Positions 1 through 9,330 of a stretch of DNA of 64,000 bases are shown here, in pieces. A program made the position numbers and the translations under genes. Each line of letters begins with the position of its first letter. The first letter of the stretch is position 1. The stretch is taken from IMG/VR virus record IMGVR_UViG_3300020582_000004; one strand, written 5' to 3'. Under the pieces are notes generated by a model. That model did no database searches. It had not been told where the DNA came from and worked only from the letters and a program-made list of their open reading frames with translations. This DNA is from an uncultured virus (IMG/VR IMGVR_UViG_3300020582_000004) (Duplodnaviria; Heunggongvirae; Uroviricota; Caudoviricetes).

Positions 1-327
1 TGAATGGGGGGAACGCGCGAGCCGTGGCGCTTACCGCTTACGCGGCAATAGATCGTTGGAGCGCGCGTAGGTCGTAAGGAGGTGGCGCAGGGAGCTTTGG
101 AGAGGGGAGGGGTGGGGCGGAGGCGCACCTGAAAGGGGCTCTCGTCATGCGCTCCTATCGGGCGGGGGCGCACGAAGCTTGGTCAGATGATCTACGATCG
201 ACTTCTTATAGGATTGATTCAGTGCGGAAGCTGAGCGACTTAGCTTATCGGGTGATGAGCCAACGCCAAATGGGAGCGAGGATGATGCGGCCTGGAATTT
301 GGATGATACGTCTGAGGATGTAGTGCT

Positions 328-699
328 TCATGCTGGGCAGATGAGGATGAGACCGTCAATGGAGACGAGTCCAGCTCGTGATGGGTGCGGATCATGAGCA
401 ATCTGTTTGCCGTGCCCGATGACAACGTGTGGGCGGCCACGAGGTGAGAATCCTGTGATGATGTAGAAGCCATCTGGTGTTGCATGATCGTGGTGCATGG
501 TGCTTGTCATGCAGTAGACAGCTCGAAGTCCAAGGTCTGAGAGCCATTCGTTGAGCCGAATAGGCTGCATGCCTGGAGGTTCGTGCGGTTCGCTTGTGAA
601 ATTCGGAACGCATTCGATCGGAATTTCAAGTAGTGATGCCACGCAAGCAGATAAACAGTTGCCTCGGTCTCCGACTTCAGTCTGCGTGACGGGTATCAT
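328..699 (-). CDS. Small papain/C39-peptidase-like phage protein (Cys-His-Asp)
   Basis: Likely start is the ATG at 699 (MIPVTQTEVG); the longer track ORF overlaps polB. GNCLSACVASLL ... PHVVIG ... IAHDPHP matches the order of a papain-like triad. Confidence 0.5.
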   Translation of the reverse strand: MIPVTQTEVGDRGNCLSACVASLLEIPIECVPNFTSEPHEPPGMQPIRLNEWLSDLGLRAVYCMTSTMHHDHATPDGFYIITGFSPRGRPHVVIGHGKQIAHDPHPSRAGLVSIDGLILICPA

Positions 700-716
700 G
701 GCTTGTTTGTTCGATT

Positions 717-3143
717 TTACCTGGTCTCGGCTGACTTGGTAGTGGATTTGTCGGGTGTCGCTTTGGCGACGTGTTTCTTCCACTTCTTGAAGAAGGCGAA
801 GACTGAGCGTTGCGTGGTTTCGGTAGCCTGACCGTTGTCGACGTAGATAGTCGGTGTATTTTCGTCGAAGATGAGTGCTCTTGTGTTCGCTTTGACTCGT
901 ATGCGCTTGCCTACGACAGGGTCGTCTGTCAGGCCATCGCGCCACTTCAGGTTGCTCTTGTCTCGATTTTTTGTTTCGTAGTGACGGAAATTGTCTGCCA
1001 TTAGCTCTCCGAGTTTGGGCGGTTGGTCAGGTACCGCTACTGTTTCGCCTCGACGTAGCTTTTGGTAGTTTTCGACAGTATGTTTGCTGCGATGAAGACC
1101 TTTGATGTGCACAAGTTCGAGTGAACAGCCTTTGCAGGCTAGCGATACTGGATCTTCGTTTTCTTTTTTGTGTTTACAGTCTTTTGTGTGGTGATCTTCG
1201 AAGCATTCTTTGGGGTTGAGGCTTGTAAGTATGTATGATTTTGGAGAATCGAAGTCGCCGGCAAGAGATTTTATTTGGCCGTATTCTTGTTTCCATTCAC
1301 CAAGTACTTCGCTAGATGGCAAATCGATGTCGCAAACGACACTGTCTGTGTCGGTGTAATAAACGCGACCTCCTTGCTTTTCGACTTTTTGGGTTTGTAG
1401 CCATAGGGCTTCGCGCGCGAGTGCGGTAATGTGGCTGCCGATGTGCGGTAAAAAGTAATCAGCTTCTGTGTATTTTGGTCGCCGCCACAGAATGGGCTCG
1501 TCTTGTTTTGCGTAGACGAGTTCCTCAGGAGACACGGCTTCTGCACCCTGGGGTTCGGCTCCGATTATAGCGGTGAATAGTTCGTCGCGCTCTGGGCTTT
1601 GAATAAATTTACCGTAAACAGAGTTGCAAATCAATTTGCAAGTTTCGGCTAGTGGTGTGTTGCCGTGTCTTTTTGCCTGAAGTCTAATATCGAATAGTGT
1701 TGTCATCATAGAGCGCAGTAGTGGGGCACTGATGTACCAAACGCTTTTATGAATTAGTTCGATTTTGCCGCCAATTTCCTCGAGGTGCCTAAGCTCTGTC
1801 CAGTCCCAACGACCATAGAATCGGCCAACAGGAAAAACGAGCTTGTCTTCATGGACAATAGGGAGTGGTGGTATGTTTACTGACTCTGGGATTGTTACGA
1901 TGCACTCGATAAAGCCTATGTGCTTGTATTGCTCTGCATATACTTTGCATTCTTCGAATGTTTGTGGTCCACGCCCTGGTCCAAATGAGTGCTTTAGTTT
2001 TACTGGCATGTTGTCAGTCATGGCAGCAGCGTAACTACTGTTACGGTCGAAGTATTTGAGTTTGCCTTCTGTTTCTTGATGATGAAAGACTTCTGTTCTA
2101 CCTCCGTGGCGCGCGCCTGTAGGCGATAGGGCTAGCCAAGCATGGAGGCATCCGTATGGAGCCGCTGGGCATGCCGGTCGCTCTTGTTGAGCGTTTGGGC
2201 AGCTCTTATGACATTTCTCTTGTCGACACGCGCCGCAGAGGCTTCGGCAGCCAGGGAAGTGTCTTTCGCGCGGGAGCCCTTTCTTTTTGAACAGTGGATT
2301 GGGCCTTTTGTCGAATTCTGCCGTGTAAAGGAATTCGTTGAGGAAACGCCTACGGAACATGTCCATCGCGCACGATGGCAATGTCATTTTGAGATGACCA
2401 CCAAGCTTGTCTAGTTGTGTATGCAGTACTTCTACGAGATCGGTAACTGTTTTACAGTCTGCTGTATTGTAGTTCGTCCAGGCGGCGTGATCACTGACTG
2501 GAGTAGATAAATCCATTTTTATTTTTCGAGTTTGCAGGAGAAGCTTTTTACCAATCGAGTCGAGTGAGCCCGGAACAAGTCGCATTGAATCTCTGAATAC
2601 CCATTTGCGGAGTTGCTTGGTTCGAATTCTTTTGACTGGTTCGTTGTTACCGTCTTCTTCATCATTGTATGGCGCCTCTTCCTCTTCAGCTTTGCTTGCT
2701 TTTTCTATTATCTGAAGTTCTAGTAGTTGAGAGCCTGATGCGATGATTTTGACGTCGAAGTTTTTGGCGTTTTCATACTTTCGAAGCCATCGAAGCAGGT
2801 GTAATGCATCGAATCCTCCAGCGTTATGGCCGAAAAGTATGACTTTGGGCTGCTTTTTCCCTTTAGATTTGAATTGAAGACCACGTCCACCGGGTGTTTC
2901 AGTGAGGAATCTAAAGAACTCGTGAATGCATCCGCCCGGTTTGAAGGCTCGTTCGGGGTCGAGTGGATTGAGGTGTGGAGCGTCGAAGAAGGCCTTGTAT
3001 TCTCCTTTGACGTACAAGCCGATCATGAATGGTCGTTCAAATCCTTGTTCATCTGACAGCGGTTTCTTTGATTCGATGTCAAATGCCCCTGGTGCGATGA
3101 CTGGCGATGGCTCTCGTTTGAATGGTCGGAGTAGTCGGCTCAT
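717..3143 (-). CDS. polB: Family B DNA polymerase, protein-primed type, with 3'-5' exonuclease
   Basis: ExoI AFDIES, ExoII HNAGGFD, DSMRLVPGSL, ExoIII YNTAD, GGRTEVF, motif A DRNSSY, motif B KLICNSVYGKF, motif C YTDTDS, KxY (PKSY) and C-terminal IKGL. Confidence 0.92.
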   Translation of the reverse strand: MSRLLRPFKREPSPVIAPGAFDIESKKPLSDEQGFERPFMIGLYVKGEYKAFFDAPHLNPLDPERAFKPGGCIHEFFRFLTETPGGRGLQFKSKGKKQPKVILFGHNAGGFDALHLLRWLRKYENAKNFDVKIIASGSQLLELQIIEKASKAEEEEAPYNDEEDGNNEPVKRIRTKQLRKWVFRDSMRLVPGSLDSIGKKLLLQTRKIKMDLSTPVSDHAAWTNYNTADCKTVTDLVEVLHTQLDKLGGHLKMTLPSCAMDMFRRRFLNEFLYTAEFDKRPNPLFKKKGLPRERHFPGCRSLCGACRQEKCHKSCPNAQQERPACPAAPYGCLHAWLALSPTGARHGGRTEVFHHQETEGKLKYFDRNSSYAAAMTDNMPVKLKHSFGPGRGPQTFEECKVYAEQYKHIGFIECIVTIPESVNIPPLPIVHEDKLVFPVGRFYGRWDWTELRHLEEIGGKIELIHKSVWYISAPLLRSMMTTLFDIRLQAKRHGNTPLAETCKLICNSVYGKFIQSPERDELFTAIIGAEPQGAEAVSPEELVYAKQDEPILWRRPKYTEADYFLPHIGSHITALAREALWLQTQKVEKQGGRVYYTDTDSVVCDIDLPSSEVLGEWKQEYGQIKSLAGDFDSPKSYILTSLNPKECFEDHHTKDCKHKKENEDPVSLACKGCSLELVHIKGLHRSKHTVENYQKLRRGETVAVPDQPPKLGELMADNFRHYETKNRDKSNLKWRDGLTDDPVVGKRIRVKANTRALIFDENTPTIYVDNGQATETTQRSVFAFFKKWKKHVAKATPDKSTTKSAETR

Positions 3144-4195
3144 GACTCTTTGATTGCTTCGGTTCGTATGTGAACGGCTACGATGGCGATTGGCGTATCG
3201 CCAGCGAGCTGTGCTCTGATGTTTTCGATAGCGGCAGTAATGGCTCCTGGAAGATCTCTACTGTTGTTTACTGGCACGGATGAAAAGTAGAAAATTGTGA
3301 GCGGCTCATCGGTGTTTAGAGCGCGCTGACTGTAACCCGCTTCAGGAGGATATTGTGTTACTGCTGCTATTATTGCGTAATAGCGAAATCCGCTTGGCTG
3401 CTCTGGTACGTTGGCGACTATTTCGTTTGTCGCCTCTACTACTTCGTTGTCTTTCTGAATGAGAATGGCACGTGTTCGTTGCGTATCGAAGAGAACTTCT
3501 CGTCTGATGGCTTCCCAAGCCTTTGGGTTGATCGCTTCTGTAAGCGCCTCTCGCATTTGTTGAGCGACAGGTAGAAGCTCTCGTTCTTTTTCAGCAGCAA
3601 GGTGTTCTTGGTGAGCGCGCTCTTCCTCTTCGATGCGTTCGCGCTCCGACTTCGGGAGCCGCTTCTTCGCTTTGGCGGAGAGTTCCTTGAAGTACTTCTG
3701 CTGCGCGTCGGTTGGTAGGCTGTCCCAAGTCTCAAGGATGAAAGCATCGCGTTCGGAGAGATCGCGTGGCTTGGGCTTTCGCTTCGTCGGCTTCGCTTTC
3801 TCCTTCGTTAGCTCCTTTTTCGTGCTGGCCGAGAGAGACTTGCGCACGTTCGGCGAAAGGCTCTTGAGGTACTTCTTGCGGACTTCGGGAGTGAGATGGT
3901 TTCGCTCGAGTGACTCGAGGATGAAGGCGTCGCGCTCGGATACGCGAGTAGGCTTGGCGAGCTTGCGAGGCTTTGTGGGCTTCGCGGGCTTGTGAGGCTT
4001 TGTGGGCTTCGCGGTCTTGCGAGGTTTTGGTTTGGCGAGCTTCGCGACAGCGCGCGCAAGCTGCTCGGGCTTGATCGGCTTGCCATCTTTGCGTGCTCGT
4101 CCACGCTTATCGAGCTTGATTCCTCGCTTGGCGAGAGCGCGTAGATGTCCGCGCGCAATGGCGGCGGCAGTCCTGCGCACGTGCCGATTGCTCAT
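3140..4195 (-). CDS. Basic protein coupled to polB; terminal-protein candidate
   Basis: Its stop overlaps the polB start (ATGA). Lys/Arg-rich N-terminus with AKPTKP repeats and two SERDAFILE repeats. Likely start ATG 4195. The function is inferred from position only. Confidence 0.55.
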   Translation of the reverse strand: MSNRHVRRTAAAIARGHLRALAKRGIKLDKRGRARKDGKPIKPEQLARAVAKLAKPKPRKTAKPTKPHKPAKPTKPRKLAKPTRVSERDAFILESLERNHLTPEVRKKYLKSLSPNVRKSLSASTKKELTKEKAKPTKRKPKPRDLSERDAFILETWDSLPTDAQQKYFKELSAKAKKRLPKSERERIEEEERAHQEHLAAEKERELLPVAQQMREALTEAINPKAWEAIRREVLFDTQRTRAILIQKDNEVVEATNEIVANVPEQPSGFRYYAIIAAVTQYPPEAGYSQRALNTDEPLTIFYFSSVPVNNSRDLPGAITAAIENIRAQLAGDTPIAIVAVHIRTEAIKES

Positions 4196-4316
4196 GGGCA
4201 GACAGCCCGATCCGCACTGCAAGTGCGCGGAATTAATGAATCTGTAGAGTCAAGCGAAAAACGCTTGCAATACTTGATGCGATGGGTAAGCTTCGGAGTG
4301 CGCATGGTGGTGCGCC

Positions 4317-4493
4317 GCCGACCAGACTTCGTTAGGAAAAGCGCCGCCCAGGAGTCGAGCCCTGGCGCGGCGTTCGGCGTTTAAGGGGCTCACAGCGCGA
4401 TGCTGCGGCAGAAAACGCCAGTCTGGTCGGCAGTGTTTCGACCTCCTCGGACGAAAACGCCTCGTCGCGATCTGCATCGAACGAGGCGTTTCG
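4317..4493. other. Structured intergenic element with multiple stems
   Basis: GCCGACCAGACT (4317-4328) pairs with AGTCTGGTCGGC (4420-4431) and encloses two further stems. A hairpin AAACGCCTCGT/ACGAGGCGTTT follows at 4455-4491. Confidence 0.5.
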
Positions 4494-4577
4494 GCCAGTT
4501 TCGGTTCTAACACCGTGACTCTTGAGCCCGCCAGCAGAAACAAATCCGTGACGTTTTCGCGTCACAAGTGATGGGTT

Positions 4578-5495
4578 TTATTGGTTTATTTGCCCTGTAT
4601 TTTGCACAAGATTTTCGAGCGCCGATTCTGCTGGCTTCTCGTCGTTTTTGGTGGGCGCGTTGGTGTCCGGCTCTTCGGAGCCTCTGCCGGACAAGAGGGT
4701 CGCGCTCGTTGCGGTTTCCGGCGACGTGAGATTTACTAATCCAGCGTCCGAGGGCGCTGTCTCCGCAACGTTGGCCTCTGAAGTCGATGTGGCAGGTGCG
4801 CGTATCGCGCGCAGACACTCTCGCATGCGGTCGAGGGGCACGGGGATGCGCCACTGTCGACACTTTGGGCAGCGGAATTCTTGAAGTTCGATGAGGGCGT
4901 ATTCTTCGGCGAGCGTGAAGATGTCGCGATCACCGGTTACTTCGCGAGTGATACGTTTGCTGTCATCGCGTGCGCCTTGGTAAGTGCGTACACATTCCGT
5001 GCAGCCTAGTTCTTGTTTGGCAAGGCGTTCATTGTGGGCCTCTTTTGCTTTTGCGATGAGTACACGCGGATCGTCTTTACCTATTAGGTATTCTTCGTAT
5101 ATGCGCTTAGCGTGAGTAAGCGTAGAAGCTAATCCGGTTTCCATTGCGCTGATATAGTTGTTTGTTTCCTTTTCTTTGAAGTGCTTTATCAGTCTTTGAT
5201 CTTCTGTTTCGACCGTGAAGTGAGCTGGGATGGTTCCTATCTTGTCGTGGACTGCAGGCCCAAGAACCCATATTTCGCCCTTTTTGCCGACTTTTTCGTA
5301 CGGAATCTGGTTTTCCTCGATGATTCGCGTTCTTGCGGATGTTCTCGTGAAATATCCAGGCAAATGTTTGAGTAGTCGGTGCGCCTCTGCAAAGGGAATC
5401 ATGAGTGGGTTCGTCGGACGGTCTTTTACCGCAGCATTTGGGCGACTATGCTGCTTGCCTTTTCTCTTTGAACCGATGGCGAGGGTGTCTGTCAT
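4578..5495 (-). CDS. Hypothetical protein, possible DNA-binding/Zn-binding
   Basis: 305-aa ORF with a basic N-terminus and CTEC...CPKC pairs. Confidence 0.6.
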   Translation of the reverse strand: MTDTLAIGSKRKGKQHSRPNAAVKDRPTNPLMIPFAEAHRLLKHLPGYFTRTSARTRIIEENQIPYEKVGKKGEIWVLGPAVHDKIGTIPAHFTVETEDQRLIKHFKEKETNNYISAMETGLASTLTHAKRIYEEYLIGKDDPRVLIAKAKEAHNERLAKQELGCTECVRTYQGARDDSKRITREVTGDRDIFTLAEEYALIELQEFRCPKCRQWRIPVPLDRMRECLRAIRAPATSTSEANVAETAPSDAGLVNLTSPETATSATLLSGRGSEEPDTNAPTKNDEKPAESALENLVQNTGQINQ

Positions 5496-5628
5496 CCGAT
5501 TAGTGTTTAGTTGTATCAGAGTACGGCCTGTATGTCAAAAGATGAATGGTTTTACGTAGTTGTATTGGTGCCATTGACCTTGTTCTGATGCTTGGCGGTT
5601 TTGGGTGGATGACGTACGGTGGGAGGCG

Positions 5629-6966
5629 ATGACAGTCTACGAATTTCCGCTGGAAACGCGCCAAGAAGTCGAGAACGGAATCGCGCAACACGCTCGCCTA
5701 GACAAGCCGCGGGCTCCGACAACCAAGGCCGGTGAAGAAGATCATCGTCGCATCGTGCGGCTCACGCTTCTTCATCGAGATGCTCACGGTCATGAGCGAG
5801 AAATCGCCGAGTGGGACGAGCGAGACTTGTACGGCGAACATGTGAGCATCGATTCAATCGTGCATGGAGTCGAGCTGGCTTCGTGTCGCGATGCTGCGTT
5901 TCAATTCGGCGGTGAGTGTGTCTATGTTCTCGTGTTTCACGGGAAAGACCATCCCAATCGGTCTAGGTTCTTTTTCAAGATCTTCGGCGGTCAAGAAGTG
6001 CAGAACATGGCGATGATCATGCATGGCCGTGAGAGAAATGGTGGCGAAGCTGGGCTCGCAGAACGCTTGATGCCTGACTTGCTCCGGTATGTGTCCGAGA
6101 AAGAAGGGCGCATTGATGCGAAGGGCGAGCTTGTTTTCAACACACTCGTGAAGCAGGTTCAGCAGCTCAGTGGTGTCGTGACTGAGTACACCGATCGCGA
6201 GTTGAAGCTCAGGGAGATCACTCTGAATGCCGAAGACCACATTTACGAGCGGAACAAGAAGCACAAGGAGGACGAAGAAGAAGCAAAGATGAAGCTCAAA
6301 GCTTGGGAGATGTTGAATGAGCACGGTCCCAAGGTTTTGCCGTACGTGATTCGAGCGATTCAGCGTTTTAGTTCAGGACCTGGTGGGAAGACTGAAGGCT
6401 CAGAGTTTCAAGCTTGGATGGAGGAGCAAGCTCGTCGAGCACAGGAAAAAGCTTCGGAGGCTGAGAAGGGAAACGGTAAGTCTCAGGTGCGCTCGAATGG
6501 GAAGAAAGCATCGTCTGCGGAGACGAGAGCTGAGGAAGTACCTGATGCTGAAGTCGAAGATGCGACCCCTCAGGGCGAAGAGAGCAAAGAGAACGGGAAC
6601 GGTTCTGGGGAACCTTCGCTCTTTGATCAGCTTCAGCTGCGTGTCGCGTTCGATACCGCGCGCTTCGTCTCCCTTTGCAAGACTCGCAAGAAGTTCGATG
6701 CGCTGAGGGAATCTCTATCTGAGGAGCAGCTCTCGATCTTTGATCAGATTGTCACGGCGGCCGAGACTTCGAACCTTGATGAGGAAGAAGGTGTGGTTCA
6801 TCTCGCAGGTCTCTCTTTGATGTTCGGAGCTTCAGTTCAAGCGAATCCTGTGGTTGGCGTGCAGATGTTCGGGGTCCTTGATGGTATGTGCAAGATGTCT
6901 CTTGTCGAGTTGTCGAATTTGCTCAAGATGTATCACGAAGCCATTGAGGAGCAGGCTAAGAGCTAG
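5629..6966 (+). CDS. Hypothetical coiled-coil-rich protein
   Basis: Long ORF; GGGAGG RBS before ATG 5629; charged helical middle region. Confidence 0.7.
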   Translation: MTVYEFPLETRQEVENGIAQHARLDKPRAPTTKAGEEDHRRIVRLTLLHRDAHGHEREIAEWDERDLYGEHVSIDSIVHGVELASCRDAAFQFGGECVYVLVFHGKDHPNRSRFFFKIFGGQEVQNMAMIMHGRERNGGEAGLAERLMPDLLRYVSEKEGRIDAKGELVFNTLVKQVQQLSGVVTEYTDRELKLREITLNAEDHIYERNKKHKEDEEEAKMKLKAWEMLNEHGPKVLPYVIRAIQRFSSGPGGKTEGSEFQAWMEEQARRAQEKASEAEKGNGKSQVRSNGKKASSAETRAEEVPDAEVEDATPQGEESKENGNGSGEPSLFDQLQLRVAFDTARFVSLCKTRKKFDALRESLSEEQLSIFDQIVTAAETSNLDEEEGVVHLAGLSLMFGASVQANPVVGVQMFGVLDGMCKMSLVELSNLLKMYHEAIEEQAKS

Positions 6967-6995
6967 GTGTTGGACTGCGTGGTGTAGGAGGCTGC

Positions 6996-7550
6996 ATGGA
7001 TTACACAGGTACACGACGTGAGGCGCGTGAATCGGAGTCGTCGCAGTTCTTTCGAGACATCGGCGAAGCGATGATTTCGCACATTCATCCAACGACACGC
7101 GATCCCTCGAAAGCCGAAGTGATCTCTCGTTGGCGCTTAGGTGGGTATCGTCTTGCGTCGTTCCTCGTGCCTGTGAAAAAGAAGCGGTTCCCTGAGGAGC
7201 TGAATGCTCTTTTGGCTGGGATGTACCAGCGCATGCAGGAGTATGAGCAAGAGTACCTCGGACCGGTTGCGTCGATAGAGCCGTTTGACGCTGACGCAAG
7301 CGACAAGATCGAAGCGCGGGCGTCGAAGTTCATGTCGTTGGCGACGCATTCGAGCACGAATCCTGATGAGGCGCGGAATTCTGCGCTCGGGCTCGCGAAG
7401 ATGATTGCGGCTTCGGAGCTTGCGGTGTTGAGCTGGGAGCGCGTGCGCCATTTCGTTCAACGTTTCGAGCAGATGCAGCAGCTCTTTTCCGTGATACGTC
7501 AAGAAAATCCCTTGCTCTTCGTTTACGGGGCGCGCGAACAGAACCACTGA
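6996..7550 (+). CDS. DUF2786-like domain protein
   Basis: KIEARASKFMSLATHSSTNPDEARNSALGLAKMI resembles the DUF2786 helical hairpin; AGGAGG RBS. Confidence 0.6.
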   Translation: MDYTGTRREARESESSQFFRDIGEAMISHIHPTTRDPSKAEVISRWRLGGYRLASFLVPVKKKRFPEELNALLAGMYQRMQEYEQEYLGPVASIEPFDADASDKIEARASKFMSLATHSSTNPDEARNSALGLAKMIAASELAVLSWERVRHFVQRFEQMQQLFSVIRQENPLLFVYGAREQNH

Positions 7551-7606
7551 TTTCGGCGAGTTGCGACGACCTTGCGCGGGGCGTGGAGGGGTGCTACGTT
7601 TTGGGT

Positions 7607-7783
7607 ATGAAAGAGAAACGCAGCAAGCTTCGTCGTATTGAGATTTACGTTGAACCAACTGTCGCTGACGCCTTGATGGTAGCGGCAAAACGTGATCGGA
7701 GGACGCTATCGAATTATATCGCTGGCGTTCTTGATGTGTACGTCGACGAGTATTTGGCGAAGCGCGGAAAGGCGGGCTCGTGA
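7607..7783 (+). CDS. Ribbon-helix-helix (CopG/Arc-like) DNA-binding protein
   Basis: RIEIYVEPTVADALMVAAKRDRRTLSNYIAGVL pattern. Confidence 0.65.
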   Translation: MKEKRSKLRRIEIYVEPTVADALMVAAKRDRRTLSNYIAGVLDVYVDEYLAKRGKAGS

Positions 7784-8565
7784 TGTTTACGCAGCTTTTG
7801 GTTCGTGCATTTTGTCTGTGTTTCGGGTGTACGGTTGTAGCGCTCGTTTTGGCGTTCGTGTCGGGATGCTCGGCGGATACGTTTTATCTTCCGCTCGGAG
7901 ATGGCGGAAGTTTTGGTGACGTTCAATCTGATGCTCTGATTAGTCCTGATGCAGTTGTCGGTGATGGTGGGAACGAAGCTACTCTTTTGAGTGATGCTAA
8001 TGATGCTAACGATGGTTTCGATGGATACGTAGGTCCTACCTATCGTCGAGTATTCGTTACTTCTGGAACGTATGCGCCTAGTTTTGGAGGTTTGGCCGGT
8101 GCGGATGGGATCTGTATGTCGGTTGCTAGTGGCGCTAGTCTTGGTGGAAAATGGGCAGCGTGGCTTTCTTCGTTGTCTGTTAGTGCGTCGTCTAGACTCG
8201 AACATTCATCAGTGCCTTATAAGCTTCTTGATGGGACTGTTATTGCTTCGGATTGGTCTGATCTGACGTCTGGCTCTATTCAGCATCCAATCAATCGTGA
8301 TGAACATGGCGCATTAGTAACTAATCCTGGGGCCACGTATTCTAGTGATCTTGGGGTTTGGACAAATACGAACGGAGATGGTTCTTCAACTCAATTGTCG
8401 TTGTTCTACACTTGCAATGATTGGACTAATGCTACTTCTAGTTATGATTTTGCTGGTGGTAGTGTTGTTTCTGATTCTAGTTGTGCAGATCATCAATGCT
8501 GGACGATTCAAGGTACTGCTGATTGCTCAGAGGTGTTGGCCTTGTATTGTTTCGAGCAACCATGA
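7780..8565 (+). CDS. Lipoprotein with DUF1554 (endostatin/C-lectin-like) domain
   Basis: Signal peptide with lipobox FVSGC; RVFVTS...GGLAGADGIC...WAAWLS...VWTNT...CNDWT...LYCFEQ. Confidence 0.75.
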   Translation: MMFTQLLVRAFCLCFGCTVVALVLAFVSGCSADTFYLPLGDGGSFGDVQSDALISPDAVVGDGGNEATLLSDANDANDGFDGYVGPTYRRVFVTSGTYAPSFGGLAGADGICMSVASGASLGGKWAAWLSSLSVSASSRLEHSSVPYKLLDGTVIASDWSDLTSGSIQHPINRDEHGALVTNPGATYSSDLGVWTNTNGDGSSTQLSLFYTCNDWTNATSSYDFAGGSVVSDSSCADHQCWTIQGTADCSEVLALYCFEQP

Positions 8566-8966
8566 GCGCTGTTGTCATAAGCCCTGTAGCGCGTTTACTC
8601 GAAGAGAATCACGATGCGATGGCACGCGTGTTTGCCAAAGCGAGGAAGGGGGTCGCGACCTCGGGAGTCGGCGCTCCGACGCTCATGGTCGTTGTCATTC
8701 GTTGCGATGACAGGCTGGCCCAAGGCCTTCTTTACGCGTGCGGCGGCGACGGCAGGCGCTTTGAGACAGGCGACACGTCGGGCTCGGCGGTGGCCGTGCT
8801 CTCCGTTGACGAAGTCGTGCGTTTCCTCGAGATCGCCGATCAGGTCACGATGGCGCTGATGCTCCGGAGTCGACCTCCGAGGAATCGATTTTGGGCGCTC
8901 GGCATTAGCGCTGAGAACGTGATGCTTGAGTCTCAGGCCTTGGAGGCATTCAGCTTTGCTGGCTGA
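8562..8966 (+). CDS. Hypothetical protein
   Basis: ATG overlaps the upstream stop (ATGA). Confidence 0.55.
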   Translation: MSAVVISPVARLLEENHDAMARVFAKARKGVATSGVGAPTLMVVVIRCDDRLAQGLLYACGGDGRRFETGDTSGSAVAVLSVDEVVRFLEIADQVTMALMLRSRPPRNRFWALGISAENVMLESQALEAFSFAG

Positions 8967-9330
8967 CGGCTGACGGCGACTAGGTGTTGGGCGTGAGTCC
9001 TTGCGGCACGAATAGCGGGCCGCTGAAGGATGCAATCGCTCCAAAGAGCGGGAGCACGAGAGCCGCTGCGGGCGGAGGGAGAAGTGCGGGGACGCCTGGT
9101 TGGAAAACGACAGGGAGCATGTCGTGAGCTTATGACAGGAGCAGCAGGTGGGCAAATTCGAGAGGATTTTGCTGGATTTTCGATGAGCGAGATATCACTG
9201 GTCTTTTGGGCTGGGATCGCGCAAAATCCGCTCTGACTGCAGGTCCGCAATAGGTGGCGGGCGATGTAGCCGTTGCTGCTGCATTTGGAGACCGCCACCT
9301 CATGATTCTGCATAAGCGCGCTCGTGTACG

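Noticed and set aside
700..945. N-terminal extension of the 205-aa ORF
   Set aside because: It overlaps the polB 3' end; the ATG at 699 gives a compact plausible protein.
717..3143. Primer-independent PolB (pipolin) or casposon
   Set aside because: The motifs fit the protein-primed type (KxY, KG), and I saw no integrase or Cas1. A phylogeny is still needed.
6963..8990. Two copies of CTAGGTGTTGG at gene ends
   Set aside because: There are only two copies and one includes a stop codon, which is too weak to call, although it partly resembles the GAATAGGTGC core.
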